Assembly (NCBI GenBank): GCA_965242505.1
Contig: OZ251449.1
Span: 1,708,199-1,772,198, forward strand
Direction: 5' to 3'
Length of the DNA stretch: 64,000 bases
Source: Alphaproteobacteria bacterium
GTDB lineage: Bacteria; Pseudomonadota; Alphaproteobacteria; UBA2966
Shown piece after piece: positions 1 to 9,500 of this stretch. The notes under the pieces were generated by a model. It had not been told where the DNA came from and ran no database searches. It saw only the letters and a program-made list of their open reading frames with translations. Positions within the stretch are counted from its first letter, which is position 1. Each line of letters opens with the position of its first letter. A program made the position numbers and the translations under genes.

Positions 1-36
1 GCGGGTCTCCGGGTCGCCAGAGACGATCTTGTCCAT
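1..36 (-). CDS. 5' end of an unknown gene running off the window edge (MDKIVSGDPETR...)
   Basis: Minus-strand ATG at 36 preceded by AGGAGAG Shine-Dalgarno; only 12 codons visible. Confidence 0.4.
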   Translation of the reverse strand, partial: MDKIVSGDPETR

Positions 37-458
37 GGAGGCGCTCTCCTCAAATCCCGCAATCGGGCGGGAGCCGGGAGTCGGTGAACTGGATGCGTTC
101 ATTGGACGGTCGGGTTCGGTCGATACATCGGAAGCATCGGATGATGCGCGCCGGGTCCGGTAAATATCGTAAATCGCCGGGCCGATCGCAATGCCCGGAG
201 GTTCCGGCCCTCCAAGACGCTGCCGGGCGCGACGGGGAGGTCGGATTCCACGTGGCCGGGCCGCGGGCGGGCGGCGCGCCGACCCGCGAGATCGGCGAAC
301 GCCGACGGAGCGCGCCGCCCGACGGCGATGGGCGATTTGGCTTCGGGACGGTCTTGCCCCTAAACTCCCGTCGCGTCGCGGCCCAACGGCCGCGGCGGCG
401 CATCGAATGGAAGCGAGCGGGCGATCGAGGCCCGCGGCAGTTCAGGGGGAGTCACGGC

Positions 459-704
459 GTGATCATCAAATCGATGGCCGGCGAGTTCGACATCACGATC
501 GAGGGATTCGAGATCGAGGGCCGCCATCTCGTCATGGTCGGACGGATGGGCGTGTGGGACGCCAGGACCTACATCACCGGGGCCGAGCTCCTCGCCGTTC
601 TCGGAAGGCTGCTGAAGCCGGGCATCCTCCTCGGCCTCGTCACGCTGCCCTTCCGGCGCGCCGCGCCCGAACCGGAACCCCAGACGGAGGAAAACCATGA
701 CTGA
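459..704 (+). CDS. Small hypothetical protein (81 aa) with hydrophobic C-terminal segment
   Basis: GTG at 459 after GGGGGAG SD; protein-like sequence (IKSMAGEFDITIEGFEIEGRHLVMVGRMGVWDARTY); 3' end overlaps the start of the next gene. Confidence 0.65.
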   Translation: MIIKSMAGEFDITIEGFEIEGRHLVMVGRMGVWDARTYITGAELLAVLGRLLKPGILLGLVTLPFRRAAPEPEPQTEENHD

Positions 705-2034
705 CGATCCCAAGTTCAGCGTTCTGCCGGAGTTCGAGGAGGTCTGGAACTTTCCCCTGTTCGAGGCGCTCACCAGCCGGCGCTCGCGGCGGTTCGGCTT
801 CGGCATGGAGCTCACCCACGGCCCGTTCGTCCACAAGTCGCCTTTCGAGCCCTATCCGCTCTCCGAGGAGGAGACCGCGGTCCTCGTGGCGGCGGCCTGC
901 GGCGCCACGGGCGCCATCCTCTGCGAGGGCGACACCCAGGGCGGCATGGTGAAGTCGGTCGGGCGCACGCACCCGAGCGCGGTCGGCGCCCACAGGACGG
1001 TGCTGTTCTTCACCAACGACGACGGGCTCCACCTCTATCAGGCCGACAAGGCGAAGATGAGCAAGATGAAGGAGTACGAGACCGTCGAGGACCGCGACAA
1101 GGTCTGGAACTTCTACCGCGACCACACCGTCAAGCTGTCCGACGGACGCTTCGACCTGCCCCAGGCGGAGCCAGGCCTCTTCGCCCACAACCTCTGGGTC
1201 ACCAACCGGCCCGGCTCCACCCTGTTCATGCCGGTCACCGACATCAGCCAGGACCTCATCCGCCTCATGGTCAACATGTGCGACACCAAGGGCGGCGCGC
1301 GCTACGTCAAGGGCGGCGGCTACTACATCTGCGACGAGCGCCGGGGCATGAAGCCGGCGGGATGCGAGAAGTGGGCCGACAAGGGCCTGCTCGACCGCAA
1401 CAAGGTCCTTCCTCTCGGCCGCCTCGAGAAGATCATCGTGAGCTGGCTCTGCGCCGAGGGCGCGATGATGGGGCAGCTCATGCAGCTCGCCATGGCCGCC
1501 ACCGGGATCGGCGGCTGGATGCACGGCGGCTTCACGCCCCTCGTGGTCATGGGCGGCACGCCGATCTGCAAGGGCCTGGGCTTCCGCTTCGTCACGCCCA
1601 AGGACGACCCGTTCCCCAACCCGGTCGGCCTCGACGGCTATTTCGAGGGGTTCTGCCCGCCCTACTACAAGGACATGGACACGGCCGTGGAGACGGCGGT
1701 GGCCGGCATGGGCGAGAAGCTCGACGAATGGGAGCGCCGGGGCATGACGCTGCCGCACACCGTCCCCAACGAGGAGTTCGAGAAGGCAGTGCCCGGCCTC
1801 TCCGACGAGGGGATCGAGTGCGTCAAGGACGTCTGCCGCTACATCTACGAGGAGTACGGCAAGTTCCCCGCCCACAACGACACCATGCACCTGCTCTACT
1901 TCATCCAGGCGCACCACCTCGACACGGAGTTCTACGACCAGTACTTCAAGGAAGGCGCCTACATCCACACGCACAAGAACCACTTCGAGAAGTGGCACCG
2001 GGGATCGAACATCCCGCGCCGCGACAACCGGTGA
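697..2034 (+). CDS. Large nitroreductase-like (FMN-binding) protein of unknown function, 445 aa
   Basis: GGAGG SD; strong GC3 codon bias; RRSRRF and HPSAVGAH motifs resemble the FMN-binding RRSxR and PS(A/G) motifs of the nitroreductase superfamily. Confidence 0.6.
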   Translation: MTDDPKFSVLPEFEEVWNFPLFEALTSRRSRRFGFGMELTHGPFVHKSPFEPYPLSEEETAVLVAAACGATGAILCEGDTQGGMVKSVGRTHPSAVGAHRTVLFFTNDDGLHLYQADKAKMSKMKEYETVEDRDKVWNFYRDHTVKLSDGRFDLPQAEPGLFAHNLWVTNRPGSTLFMPVTDISQDLIRLMVNMCDTKGGARYVKGGGYYICDERRGMKPAGCEKWADKGLLDRNKVLPLGRLEKIIVSWLCAEGAMMGQLMQLAMAATGIGGWMHGGFTPLVVMGGTPICKGLGFRFVTPKDDPFPNPVGLDGYFEGFCPPYYKDMDTAVETAVAGMGEKLDEWERRGMTLPHTVPNEEFEKAVPGLSDEGIECVKDVCRYIYEEYGKFPAHNDTMHLLYFIQAHHLDTEFYDQYFKEGAYIHTHKNHFEKWHRGSNIPRRDNR

Positions 2035-2057
2035 ACAGTGAAGCCGAGGACCATCCG

Positions 2058-3179
2058 ATGACCAGGATACTGAAACGCTCGCCGCACTACGGCCAGCACG
2101 TCGCCCACGGGGCCAAGGGCTTTTTCGACTTCGCCGGCTGGGAGATGCCGGAGATCTTCACCTCGGTGGAGGACGAGGTGAAGGCGTGCCGTTCGGCCGC
2201 CGTGCTCTTCGACGGCCATCAGATGGGCGAACTCCATCTCAAGGGGCCGGAGGCGCACGACGCCGTGCAGAAGGTCTGCGCCAACGACATCAGGCCCGAA
2301 CCCGGGCGTTGCTTCTATTCGAGCCTGCTCAACGAGGGCGGCGGGATCGTCGACGACCTCGTCGTGCTCTGCCTGGCGCCCGATCACTATCTGCTGACGG
2401 CGGCGGCCTTCAACGTCGGCAAGACGCCGGGATGGGTGCGACGGCACGTCGGCGGCATGGACGTCGAGATCGAGGACCTGACCAGCGGCACCACGATCAT
2501 CGAGATACAGGGGCCCAGGTCCCGCGACATCCTCCAGAAGATCACCGAGGCCGATATCTCGAACGAGGCGCTGCCCTATTTCCGCTTCGTCGAGACGAAG
2601 GTCGCCGGCATCGACTGCATCGTCGCGCGCCTCGGCGTCACCGGCGAGCTCGGCTACGAGATCGTCTACGATCCGGGCTACGCCTACACGATGTACGACG
2701 CCATCGTCGAGGCCGGCAAGGACGACGGCCTTCAGCTCTGCGGCAACAAGACGGTCGGCGTGTTCCGCCTCGAGAAGGTCTACCACATCTACACGCGCGA
2801 CATCGACGAGAGCACCAATCCCTTCGAGGCGGGCCTCGACAAGGCGGTCAGGCTCGACAAGGACGACTTCATCGGGCGCGACGCGCTGCTTCGCGTCAAG
2901 CAGCAGGGCGTGAGCCGCAAGCTCGTCGGCTTCGAGATCGCCGGCGGCGGCGTCCCGGCGCCCGGCGCTCCCATCGAGATCGACGGCCGGGAATGCGGGA
3001 AAGCGACCTTCGCGGGCTACAGCCCGACCCTCGCCAAGACCATCGGCATCGGCTACGCGCCCGCCGAGCGCGCCGCGGCGGGGACGGCGCTGGTCATCGG
3101 GGCCGACCCCGAACCCCTGGAGGCGACGGTGGTCGAGATCCCGTTCTTCGATCCCAAGGGCGACCGCATCCGCATGTAG
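2058..3179 (+). CDS. GcvT-family aminomethyltransferase / folate-dependent demethylase-like protein
   Basis: FAGWEMP, LLNEGGGIVDD, IQGPRSRDIL, RLGVTGELGYEI, RLEK and terminal IPFFDP motifs; ATG at 2058 after GAGGA. Confidence 0.9.
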   Translation: MTRILKRSPHYGQHVAHGAKGFFDFAGWEMPEIFTSVEDEVKACRSAAVLFDGHQMGELHLKGPEAHDAVQKVCANDIRPEPGRCFYSSLLNEGGGIVDDLVVLCLAPDHYLLTAAAFNVGKTPGWVRRHVGGMDVEIEDLTSGTTIIEIQGPRSRDILQKITEADISNEALPYFRFVETKVAGIDCIVARLGVTGELGYEIVYDPGYAYTMYDAIVEAGKDDGLQLCGNKTVGVFRLEKVYHIYTRDIDESTNPFEAGLDKAVRLDKDDFIGRDALLRVKQQGVSRKLVGFEIAGGGVPAPGAPIEIDGRECGKATFAGYSPTLAKTIGIGYAPAERAAAGTALVIGADPEPLEATVVEIPFFDPKGDRIRM

Positions 3180-3310
3180 CCGCGCGGTTCTGGAGAACCG
3201 TAGTTCGGAGATTCGTCAATGCGGCTTGTGCCCAGGAACGGGCTGTGAATTACGAATTCACGGTGTGGCGGCCGCAGTGAAGTAGGTAGGGAAGGGGTAC
3301 GATGGAGTAG

Positions 3311-4690
3311 TCAGGAGGTTTCGATGGGGTCGGCGAGGTCGGGCTCAAGAGTCGAGGCGGGCGTTTGCTGCGGATGGTCGGATTCGTGTATCGGATCGTC
3401 CTTGGCAATGGGCGGTGGCGGCGGGGTCCAAGCGCGCAGGTGGCATCCGACGTTGTCATAGAATTCGGGTATCATTTTTTCCAAGTCTTCGATGAAGGTG
3501 CTGCGGCCGGAAAAACGACGCGCGATATCCTTGATCATGATGACTTCGAATCCGATGGGAGGGGCTTTCTGGCGGTCGTTTTCTAGGGATTTGGAGTCGA
3601 CCTTGACTTCAGCAAGGGATGCTTGGGTAGGCAGTACGCGTCGGGGCCAGAGGGCGCGGACGACGACGTCTTCACGGTCGATATTACGGAGTTGTCGGCG
3701 GAGCCAGTTTATGCGGGCGCTGGCACGCTTGGTATCCAGCGGCGCGTTGAGTTTCATGGAGCACGAAATGGTCCGGCGCTGTAGATCGGCCGTCACGTCG
3801 AGATCGGCCGCAGCATTCGGTATGGCGAAGATGGAGCGAAGCTCGTTGCGGGATGCGAGGGCGTTGGAAGCGTCGCGGAGTCTGTCGGCGGGGTTGGAGT
3901 GGTATTTACGGGAAAGGCCGCGGATGGCGACTTCGTGGCCGATACGGCGACTGAGGAGAAGAGATATATCGCGTTCCTTTTGGTGCCAGCTGGCAACGGT
4001 GTTTTCGATTTCCGGGGAGTTGGGCCCGAACTGGTGGCGGTCGCGGACACCGTGGACAAGGGTACGCCATTCGGGGTTCATTTGGCGGAATTGGGTGATG
4101 CCGGAGCTGTCGTGCTCAAAGTATCTGGCCATCTCGTTGAGGATGAACGCTTGGTCGGGGTCGATGTCGTCCTTGTCCTGAAGGATGAGATGAGCGGAGG
4201 TGAGTACGCCGATCCACGACATATGGAAGAAGCGGACTTGGTTGCCGAGTTTTTTCGGAACAGGGTAAGGAACGAGGGTAGGCAGGGCGACGAGCTGGTT
4301 GGAGAGGGTGACAATAGCGTCGATCTGGAATCTTTTCGCAAGTTCGCCGTATCGTTGTATCTGATCGACGTCGATTTCGGCAGCGGCGATCTTAGCTTCT
4401 ACGAGGGCGGTCCAACGGGTCTTGCGAGTAGTAAGGGACAAAAGTCCGTCGGGGCGATCCTTGATATTCGTATCGGATGACGGGAACTCGACTTCGGTGT
4501 AGGCGGCAAGCGCGGAGGACTTGCCGACCTTGGCATCAAAACGGTCAAGGATCGCTTTAGCGAAGGGATGGACTCGCGTGAGCGTAGCAAGGAAGATCGA
4601 GACAACGCGTTCCTCTTTGCGGGAGTCGGCAACGACCGGCATGAGCCTGGCGGTGTGGGCAGTGGCGAGGATATCATCGAGCGTTTTCAT
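3311..4690 (-). CDS. Putative PD-(D/E)XK nuclease-domain protein (stress/defence-associated)
   Basis: RPDGLL...ALVEAKI motif and QIQRY helix; visibly lower GC than flanks; start at MKTLDD chosen. Confidence 0.6.
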   Translation of the reverse strand: MKTLDDILATAHTARLMPVVADSRKEERVVSIFLATLTRVHPFAKAILDRFDAKVGKSSALAAYTEVEFPSSDTNIKDRPDGLLSLTTRKTRWTALVEAKIAAAEIDVDQIQRYGELAKRFQIDAIVTLSNQLVALPTLVPYPVPKKLGNQVRFFHMSWIGVLTSAHLILQDKDDIDPDQAFILNEMARYFEHDSSGITQFRQMNPEWRTLVHGVRDRHQFGPNSPEIENTVASWHQKERDISLLLSRRIGHEVAIRGLSRKYHSNPADRLRDASNALASRNELRSIFAIPNAAADLDVTADLQRRTISCSMKLNAPLDTKRASARINWLRRQLRNIDREDVVVRALWPRRVLPTQASLAEVKVDSKSLENDRQKAPPIGFEVIMIKDIARRFSGRSTFIEDLEKMIPEFYDNVGCHLRAWTPPPPPIAKDDPIHESDHPQQTPASTLEPDLADPIETS

Positions 4691-4822
4691 GGAGGGGTGA
4701 TTCCGCAGTTCTCGTGGATAAAGGAGAGTGCCCGTGCTTGATGGAGATCGAGGCCGACCGGGCATCCGGGGGTAGGTGCACAGGGAATATAATATAGGCG
4801 TCGGCCGATTCGGTCAAGGAAA

Positions 4823-5039
4823 TGTCCTCGTTCAGAACATATGAGACGCCGCGTGGGCCGCTGGGAACGGCGCGTCAAGCCGCTTCGCGGCTCCTTCGCT
4901 GCGTTCCGGCCCTTCGGGTGACCCGCCGTCCCCAGCGGCTCCGAGGGCAGCCATGGCCGGAAGCCTGCTTACGGCCATGGCGAGGCCGGATACCAACCGG
5001 CCCGATGGGCCGTGTCTCGCATGTGTCTGAACCAAGTCA
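4823..5039. mobile_element. 217-bp MITE-like element with IS481-type ends
   Basis: Left end TGTCCTCGTTCAGAACATATGAGAC is 24/25 identical to the reverse complement of the IS end at 10433-10457; imperfect inverted partner at 5014-5039; no transposase inside. Confidence 0.7.
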
Positions 5040-5052
5040 GGGGGCCAACCCC

Positions 5053-5192
5053 ATTCGCGCTTCTCTCCCCTGACGCGACCCCCACCCCGACCCTCCCCCT
5101 GCAAGGAGGAGGGAGAACAGGGGGGACGAAGGGGCGGCAACGGCGGCTCCCGTCCTCTCGTCAGGGGGATGGAGCGCGAACGGACCCTGCGG
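5053..5192. repeat. REP-like palindromic composite repeat (rearranged member of the 14.9/27.0/33.8 kb family)
   Basis: CCCCCACCCCGACCCTCCCCCTGCAAGGAGGAGGGAG hairpin flanked by inverted TTCGCGCT..CCCCTGACG arms. Confidence 0.8.
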
Positions 5193-6216
5193 AACCTTCG
5201 CCGCCGGAATTTTCCAGGCCGAACGCCCCGGCCAGAAGCTCGTAACTCCGGCGTCGGACCCTCTCGTCCCAGGTCCAGGTCACGATGGCCATCTCGCGCA
5301 CGCCGACCCGTTCGGCGAGCTCGGCGACGCGCGCCGCGACCGAGTCGGGCGTCCCCACGAACGACTCCCGGCGCAATCGCTCGACCCGCGCCCGTTCTTC
5401 GGCGTCGAGCGGCTGGGCCGCCGCGGCCTCGGGCGAGTCCATCGGCAGGAAGACCCCGCGGTCGCGGGACAACTGCCAGACCGCCCGCGACGTGTAGTGA
5501 TGCTGCGCTTCCTCGTCGGTGTCCGCGGCGAGGCACCAGACGCAGAGCCCTGCGAGCGGTTCGGGGAAACGCGCGCTCGGCCGGTAGTTCTCGCGATACA
5601 GGTCGATGGCGCGTTGCCCCCCGCGCCCGTCGGTGAAGAACCAGGCGAAGCAGTACGGCAGCCCGAAGTGCGCGGCGAGTTGGGCCCCGTAATCGGAACT
5701 GCCGAGAATCCACACCTCCGGGGCCGTGTCGGACTGCGGATACGCCTTGACCGTCCGGAACGGATGGCTGTCGAGCAGGGGCTCCCCGTAGACCCAGGCC
5801 ATCAGGTCGCGGACGTCGGCGGGGAAGTGCTCGGCCCGCTCGCGGGCCATCGGATTGAGGGCGAAGGCGGTGAGCCCGTCGGACCCCGGCGCCCGGCCGA
5901 GACCCAGGTCGATCCGACCCGGCGCGAGGGCGTCGAGCACCCGGAACTGTTCCGCGACCTTCAACGGGGAGTAGTGCGGCAGCATGACGCCGGCGCTGCC
6001 GATGCGGATGCGGTCGGTTCTGGCGGCGATCGCCGCAATCAGGATCTCCGGCGCGGTCCCGAGGATGGTCGGATGGCTGTGATGCTCCGACACCCAGAAG
6101 CGGACATAGCCCAGTCCCTCGCACAACTGCGCGAGCGCCACCGTGTCGCGGATCGATTCGTCGTGCGGGCGTCCGACGACGGCGATGGACTGATCGAGCA
6201 CCGAAATACGGATGAT
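5161..6216 (-). CDS. LLM-class (luciferase-like) flavin-dependent oxidoreductase
   Basis: ISVLDQS, GYVRFWVSEHH, RIRIGSAGVMLPHYSPLKVAEQF, GRIDLGLGRAPG, WILGSS motifs. Start uncertain: ATC at 6216 follows a strong SD; the ORF track start is 6297. Confidence 0.9.
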   Translation of the reverse strand: MIRISVLDQSIAVVGRPHDESIRDTVALAQLCEGLGYVRFWVSEHHSHPTILGTAPEILIAAIAARTDRIRIGSAGVMLPHYSPLKVAEQFRVLDALAPGRIDLGLGRAPGSDGLTAFALNPMARERAEHFPADVRDLMAWVYGEPLLDSHPFRTVKAYPQSDTAPEVWILGSSDYGAQLAAHFGLPYCFAWFFTDGRGGQRAIDLYRENYRPSARFPEPLAGLCVWCLAADTDEEAQHHYTSRAVWQLSRDRGVFLPMDSPEAAAAQPLDAEERARVERLRRESFVGTPDSVAARVAELAERVGVREMAIVTWTWDERVRRRSYELLAGAFGLENSGGEGSAGSVRAPSP

Positions 6217-6534
6217 CGCTCTCCTCTCCGGAAGCGCCTGGTCCGCGGCGTCGCGCCCCGGACGCCGTTCTCGAACCCGTGTGCGCCAAGGCGGCAATAA
6301 GCCACCACCGGCGGCGCGCCGTCAACTCGCGCGCCGCGGCGGCGGGATCGACCCGATGGCGCGCCCGGACGGTTCCGAAACGAAATCCGCGCTGGATGGC
6401 GGAGGAAAACAATCGTATCTTCGTCCGCGGCGCATCCTTCCCGCGCGGGACCCGACGGCTTCGGAGACCGCCGGGATACGCCACCGCCCGACCCACCGCC
6501 AGGAATCGGCCACGACCCTCCCGGAACCCGCACG

Positions 6535-9500
6535 TTGGTCAAGCCCGCCCCCATCTGGACGACCGGCGCCCCGCCCGAGGCGGGGGATCCGACGGCGCTC
6601 GACGTCAGGTGGGAGCGCTGGTCGAACGCCGCCGGGCCCGAAGCCGACGACGCCCTGCGGGCGTTCGTCGGGGACGCGCGCGACGATCCCGCCGCGCGGG
6701 CCCTGCTCGAGGCGGCGTTCGGGCACAGCCCCTTTCTCACCAACTGCCTGATCGCCGACCCGCCGTTCGTCCGGCGGCTGATCGAGGACGGGCCGGACCG
6801 AGCCTTCGCCGAGGCGCGCGACGCGGCGCGGGACGGCAGCGGTCTCGGGACGGAATCCACGCCCGACGTGATGAAGCGGCTGCGTCACGCCAAGCGTCGC
6901 GCCGCGCTGGCGATCGGCATGGCCGACATCGCCTCGGTCTGGCCGCTGGAGAAGCTGACGGCGGCGCTTTCCGAATTCGCCGGCGCCGCGCTCGGCGCGA
7001 GTTGCCGCCACCTGTTGCGGACGCTGCACGACAAGGGCGACCTCGCCCTGCCGGCGCCGGAGACGCCCGAACGGGGTTCCGGCCTGATCGTTCTCGGCAT
7101 GGGAAAGCTCGGCGCCGACGAGCTCAACTATTCGAGCGACGTCGACATCATCGTGCTCTACGACGAGACCGTCGCGCCGGCGACGAACGCGAACCGGACA
7201 GGGCGCATGTTCGCGCAACTCGTCCGCGACCTGATCTCGATCATGCAGCAGCGCACCGCCGACGGATACGTGTTCCGCACCGACATCCGGTTGCGTCCGG
7301 ACCCCGGTTCCACGCCCCCGGCCCTGTCGGTGGCCGCGGCCCTGAAGTACTACGAAACCGTGGGCCGAACGTGGGAGCGCGCGGCGATGATCAAGGCCTG
7401 GCCCGTGGCCGGCGACGACGACGCCGGCTCGGCGTTCCTCGATTCGTTGCGGCCGTTCGTGTGGCGTCGCCATCTCGACTTCGCCACGATCCAGGACATC
7501 GGTTCCGTCAAACGCCAGATCAACGCGGAGCGCGGCGGCGATTCGGAGGCGATCGAGGGCCGCGACGTGAAGCTGGGGCGCGGCGGCATCCGCGAGATCG
7601 AGTTCTTCGCGCAGACCCAGCAGCTGGTCTGGGGCGGGCGGAGTCCCGACCTTCGCGGCCGCCGCACGCTGGAGACGCTGGACGCGCTCGTGGCGGCGAG
7701 GCATCTGGCGCCGGCGGACGCGACCGAACTGAAATCGGCCTACGCCTTCCACCGCCGGGTGGAGCACAGGGTGCAGATGGTCGACGACCAGCAGACGCAC
7801 AGCCTGCCGCGCGGGGAGGAGGAGATGGCGCGACTGGCCGTCTTCCTCGGTTTCGACTCGACGGCCGAGTTCTCGGAGCGCTTTCTCGCCCACGCGCGCG
7901 CGGTGGAGCGCAACTACGGGACGCTGTTCGAGGATCGGCCCGGCCGCGCCGCGCCCGTCGAGCCGACGCTCGACGACGGCGGAACGGGCGCCGACTCGAT
8001 AGAGGCCATCGAGAAACTCGGCTACGCGGACGGCGCGCGAATCCTCGCCACCGTCGACTCGTGGCGGACGGGAGAGCGCCAGGCCACGAAGGAGGCGCGC
8101 GCGCGCGAGCTGCTGACGGATCTCGTCCCCACCGTCCTCGCGGCGTTCGCCGCCGCGCCCGACCCGGACGCAGCGCTCGCGCGTTTCGACGAGTTTCTCG
8201 CGCATCTGCCCGACGGCGTTCAGACGTTTTCCCTCCTTGCCGCGCGCCCCGAACTGATCGGCCTCGTCGCGGAGATCATGTCCGGCGCCCCGCGCCTCGC
8301 GGACTCCCTGACTCGCCATCCGGTCCTGTTCGAGAGCGTCCTCGGCCGGGAATTCACGGATATCGAGCTGTCCGACGACCTCGGGCTGGACGCGGAGATC
8401 GCCGACACGGCCCGTCGAGGACTCGTGCGCCTCTATTACACCCGCGAATTCGACATCGACGACCTGCGGGCGGAGCTCGCCGCCGCGACGCGCGACGCGC
8501 GCGACGGCCGGGAGCTTCTCGACGCCCACAGGCGCTGGACCAACGACAAGACGTTCCGTATCGGCATCCACATGCTGCGCGGCTTCCTGACCCCTCTCGA
8601 GGCGAGTCGCCCGCTTTCGGACATCGCCGACGCGTGTCTCGGCGTCCTGTTTTCGGCCATCGCGGACGACTTCGCCGCGACGCACGGCCGCGTCCCGGGC
8701 GGACGGACGGCGTTGGCGGCCTTCGGCGATCTCGGTAGTCGGGAAATGAACGCGGCCTCGGACCTCGACCCGATCCTGTTCTTCGATCACGACCCCGACG
8801 CTCGACGGTCCGACGGACCCGAGCCTCTGGCGCCGGAGAGCTACTACGCGGAACTGTACGAGCGCTTCGCCCGGGCGATCACCGAGGTGACGGCGGAAGG
8901 CAGGTTGTACGGCATGGACGCGGACCGACGGGCGAGCGGCCACGTCGGGCCCGCCGTCTGTCCCATGGCGAAACTCGCCGGCCACCGGAACGGCGACGCC
9001 GGCGTCCAGGAACGGCGCGCGCTGATCCGCGCGAGGGTCGTCCACGCGGAGGGGGGCCTCGATGACGCCTTCGAGGCGGCGAGGCGATCCATTCTCGCCC
9101 GGCCTCTGGCGGAGGCCGGAATCGCCGCCGAGATCGCGAAGATGCGCGAAACGGCGCCGAAGGGCGGAACGTCCGACGACGCCTTCTCCGTCACCCATGC
9201 GCCCGGCGGTCTGGTCGATACGGAACTGGCCGCGCTTTACCTCCGGCTGTCCCATGCCGAAGAGGCGCCCGAAATCCTCGCCGGCGATACCGTGTCCGTC
9301 TTCGAAGCGGCCCGCGCCCACGAATGGATCGACCCCGAAACGGCGATCGAATTCGCCGACGCCGCGAGATTGTGGCGGAACCTCGCCGGCATTCTGAGCC
9401 TCACCGTCGCGGACGCCGCCATCCCCGACGACCGGCTTCCGGAGGTGCGGAACGTCATCGCGCGTTCCTGCGGCGCGCCGATCCTCGAATCCTTCGACCA

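Noticed and set aside
50-403. 117-aa minus-strand ORF
   Set aside because: Low-complexity Arg/Pro-rich translation without SD or motifs; probably the intergenic region between divergent genes.
1278-2057. 633-aa ORF suggesting an N-terminally extended GcvT protein
   Set aside because: The upstream part is an Arg-rich alternate frame of the 697-2034 gene; a proper SD and ATG occur at 2058.
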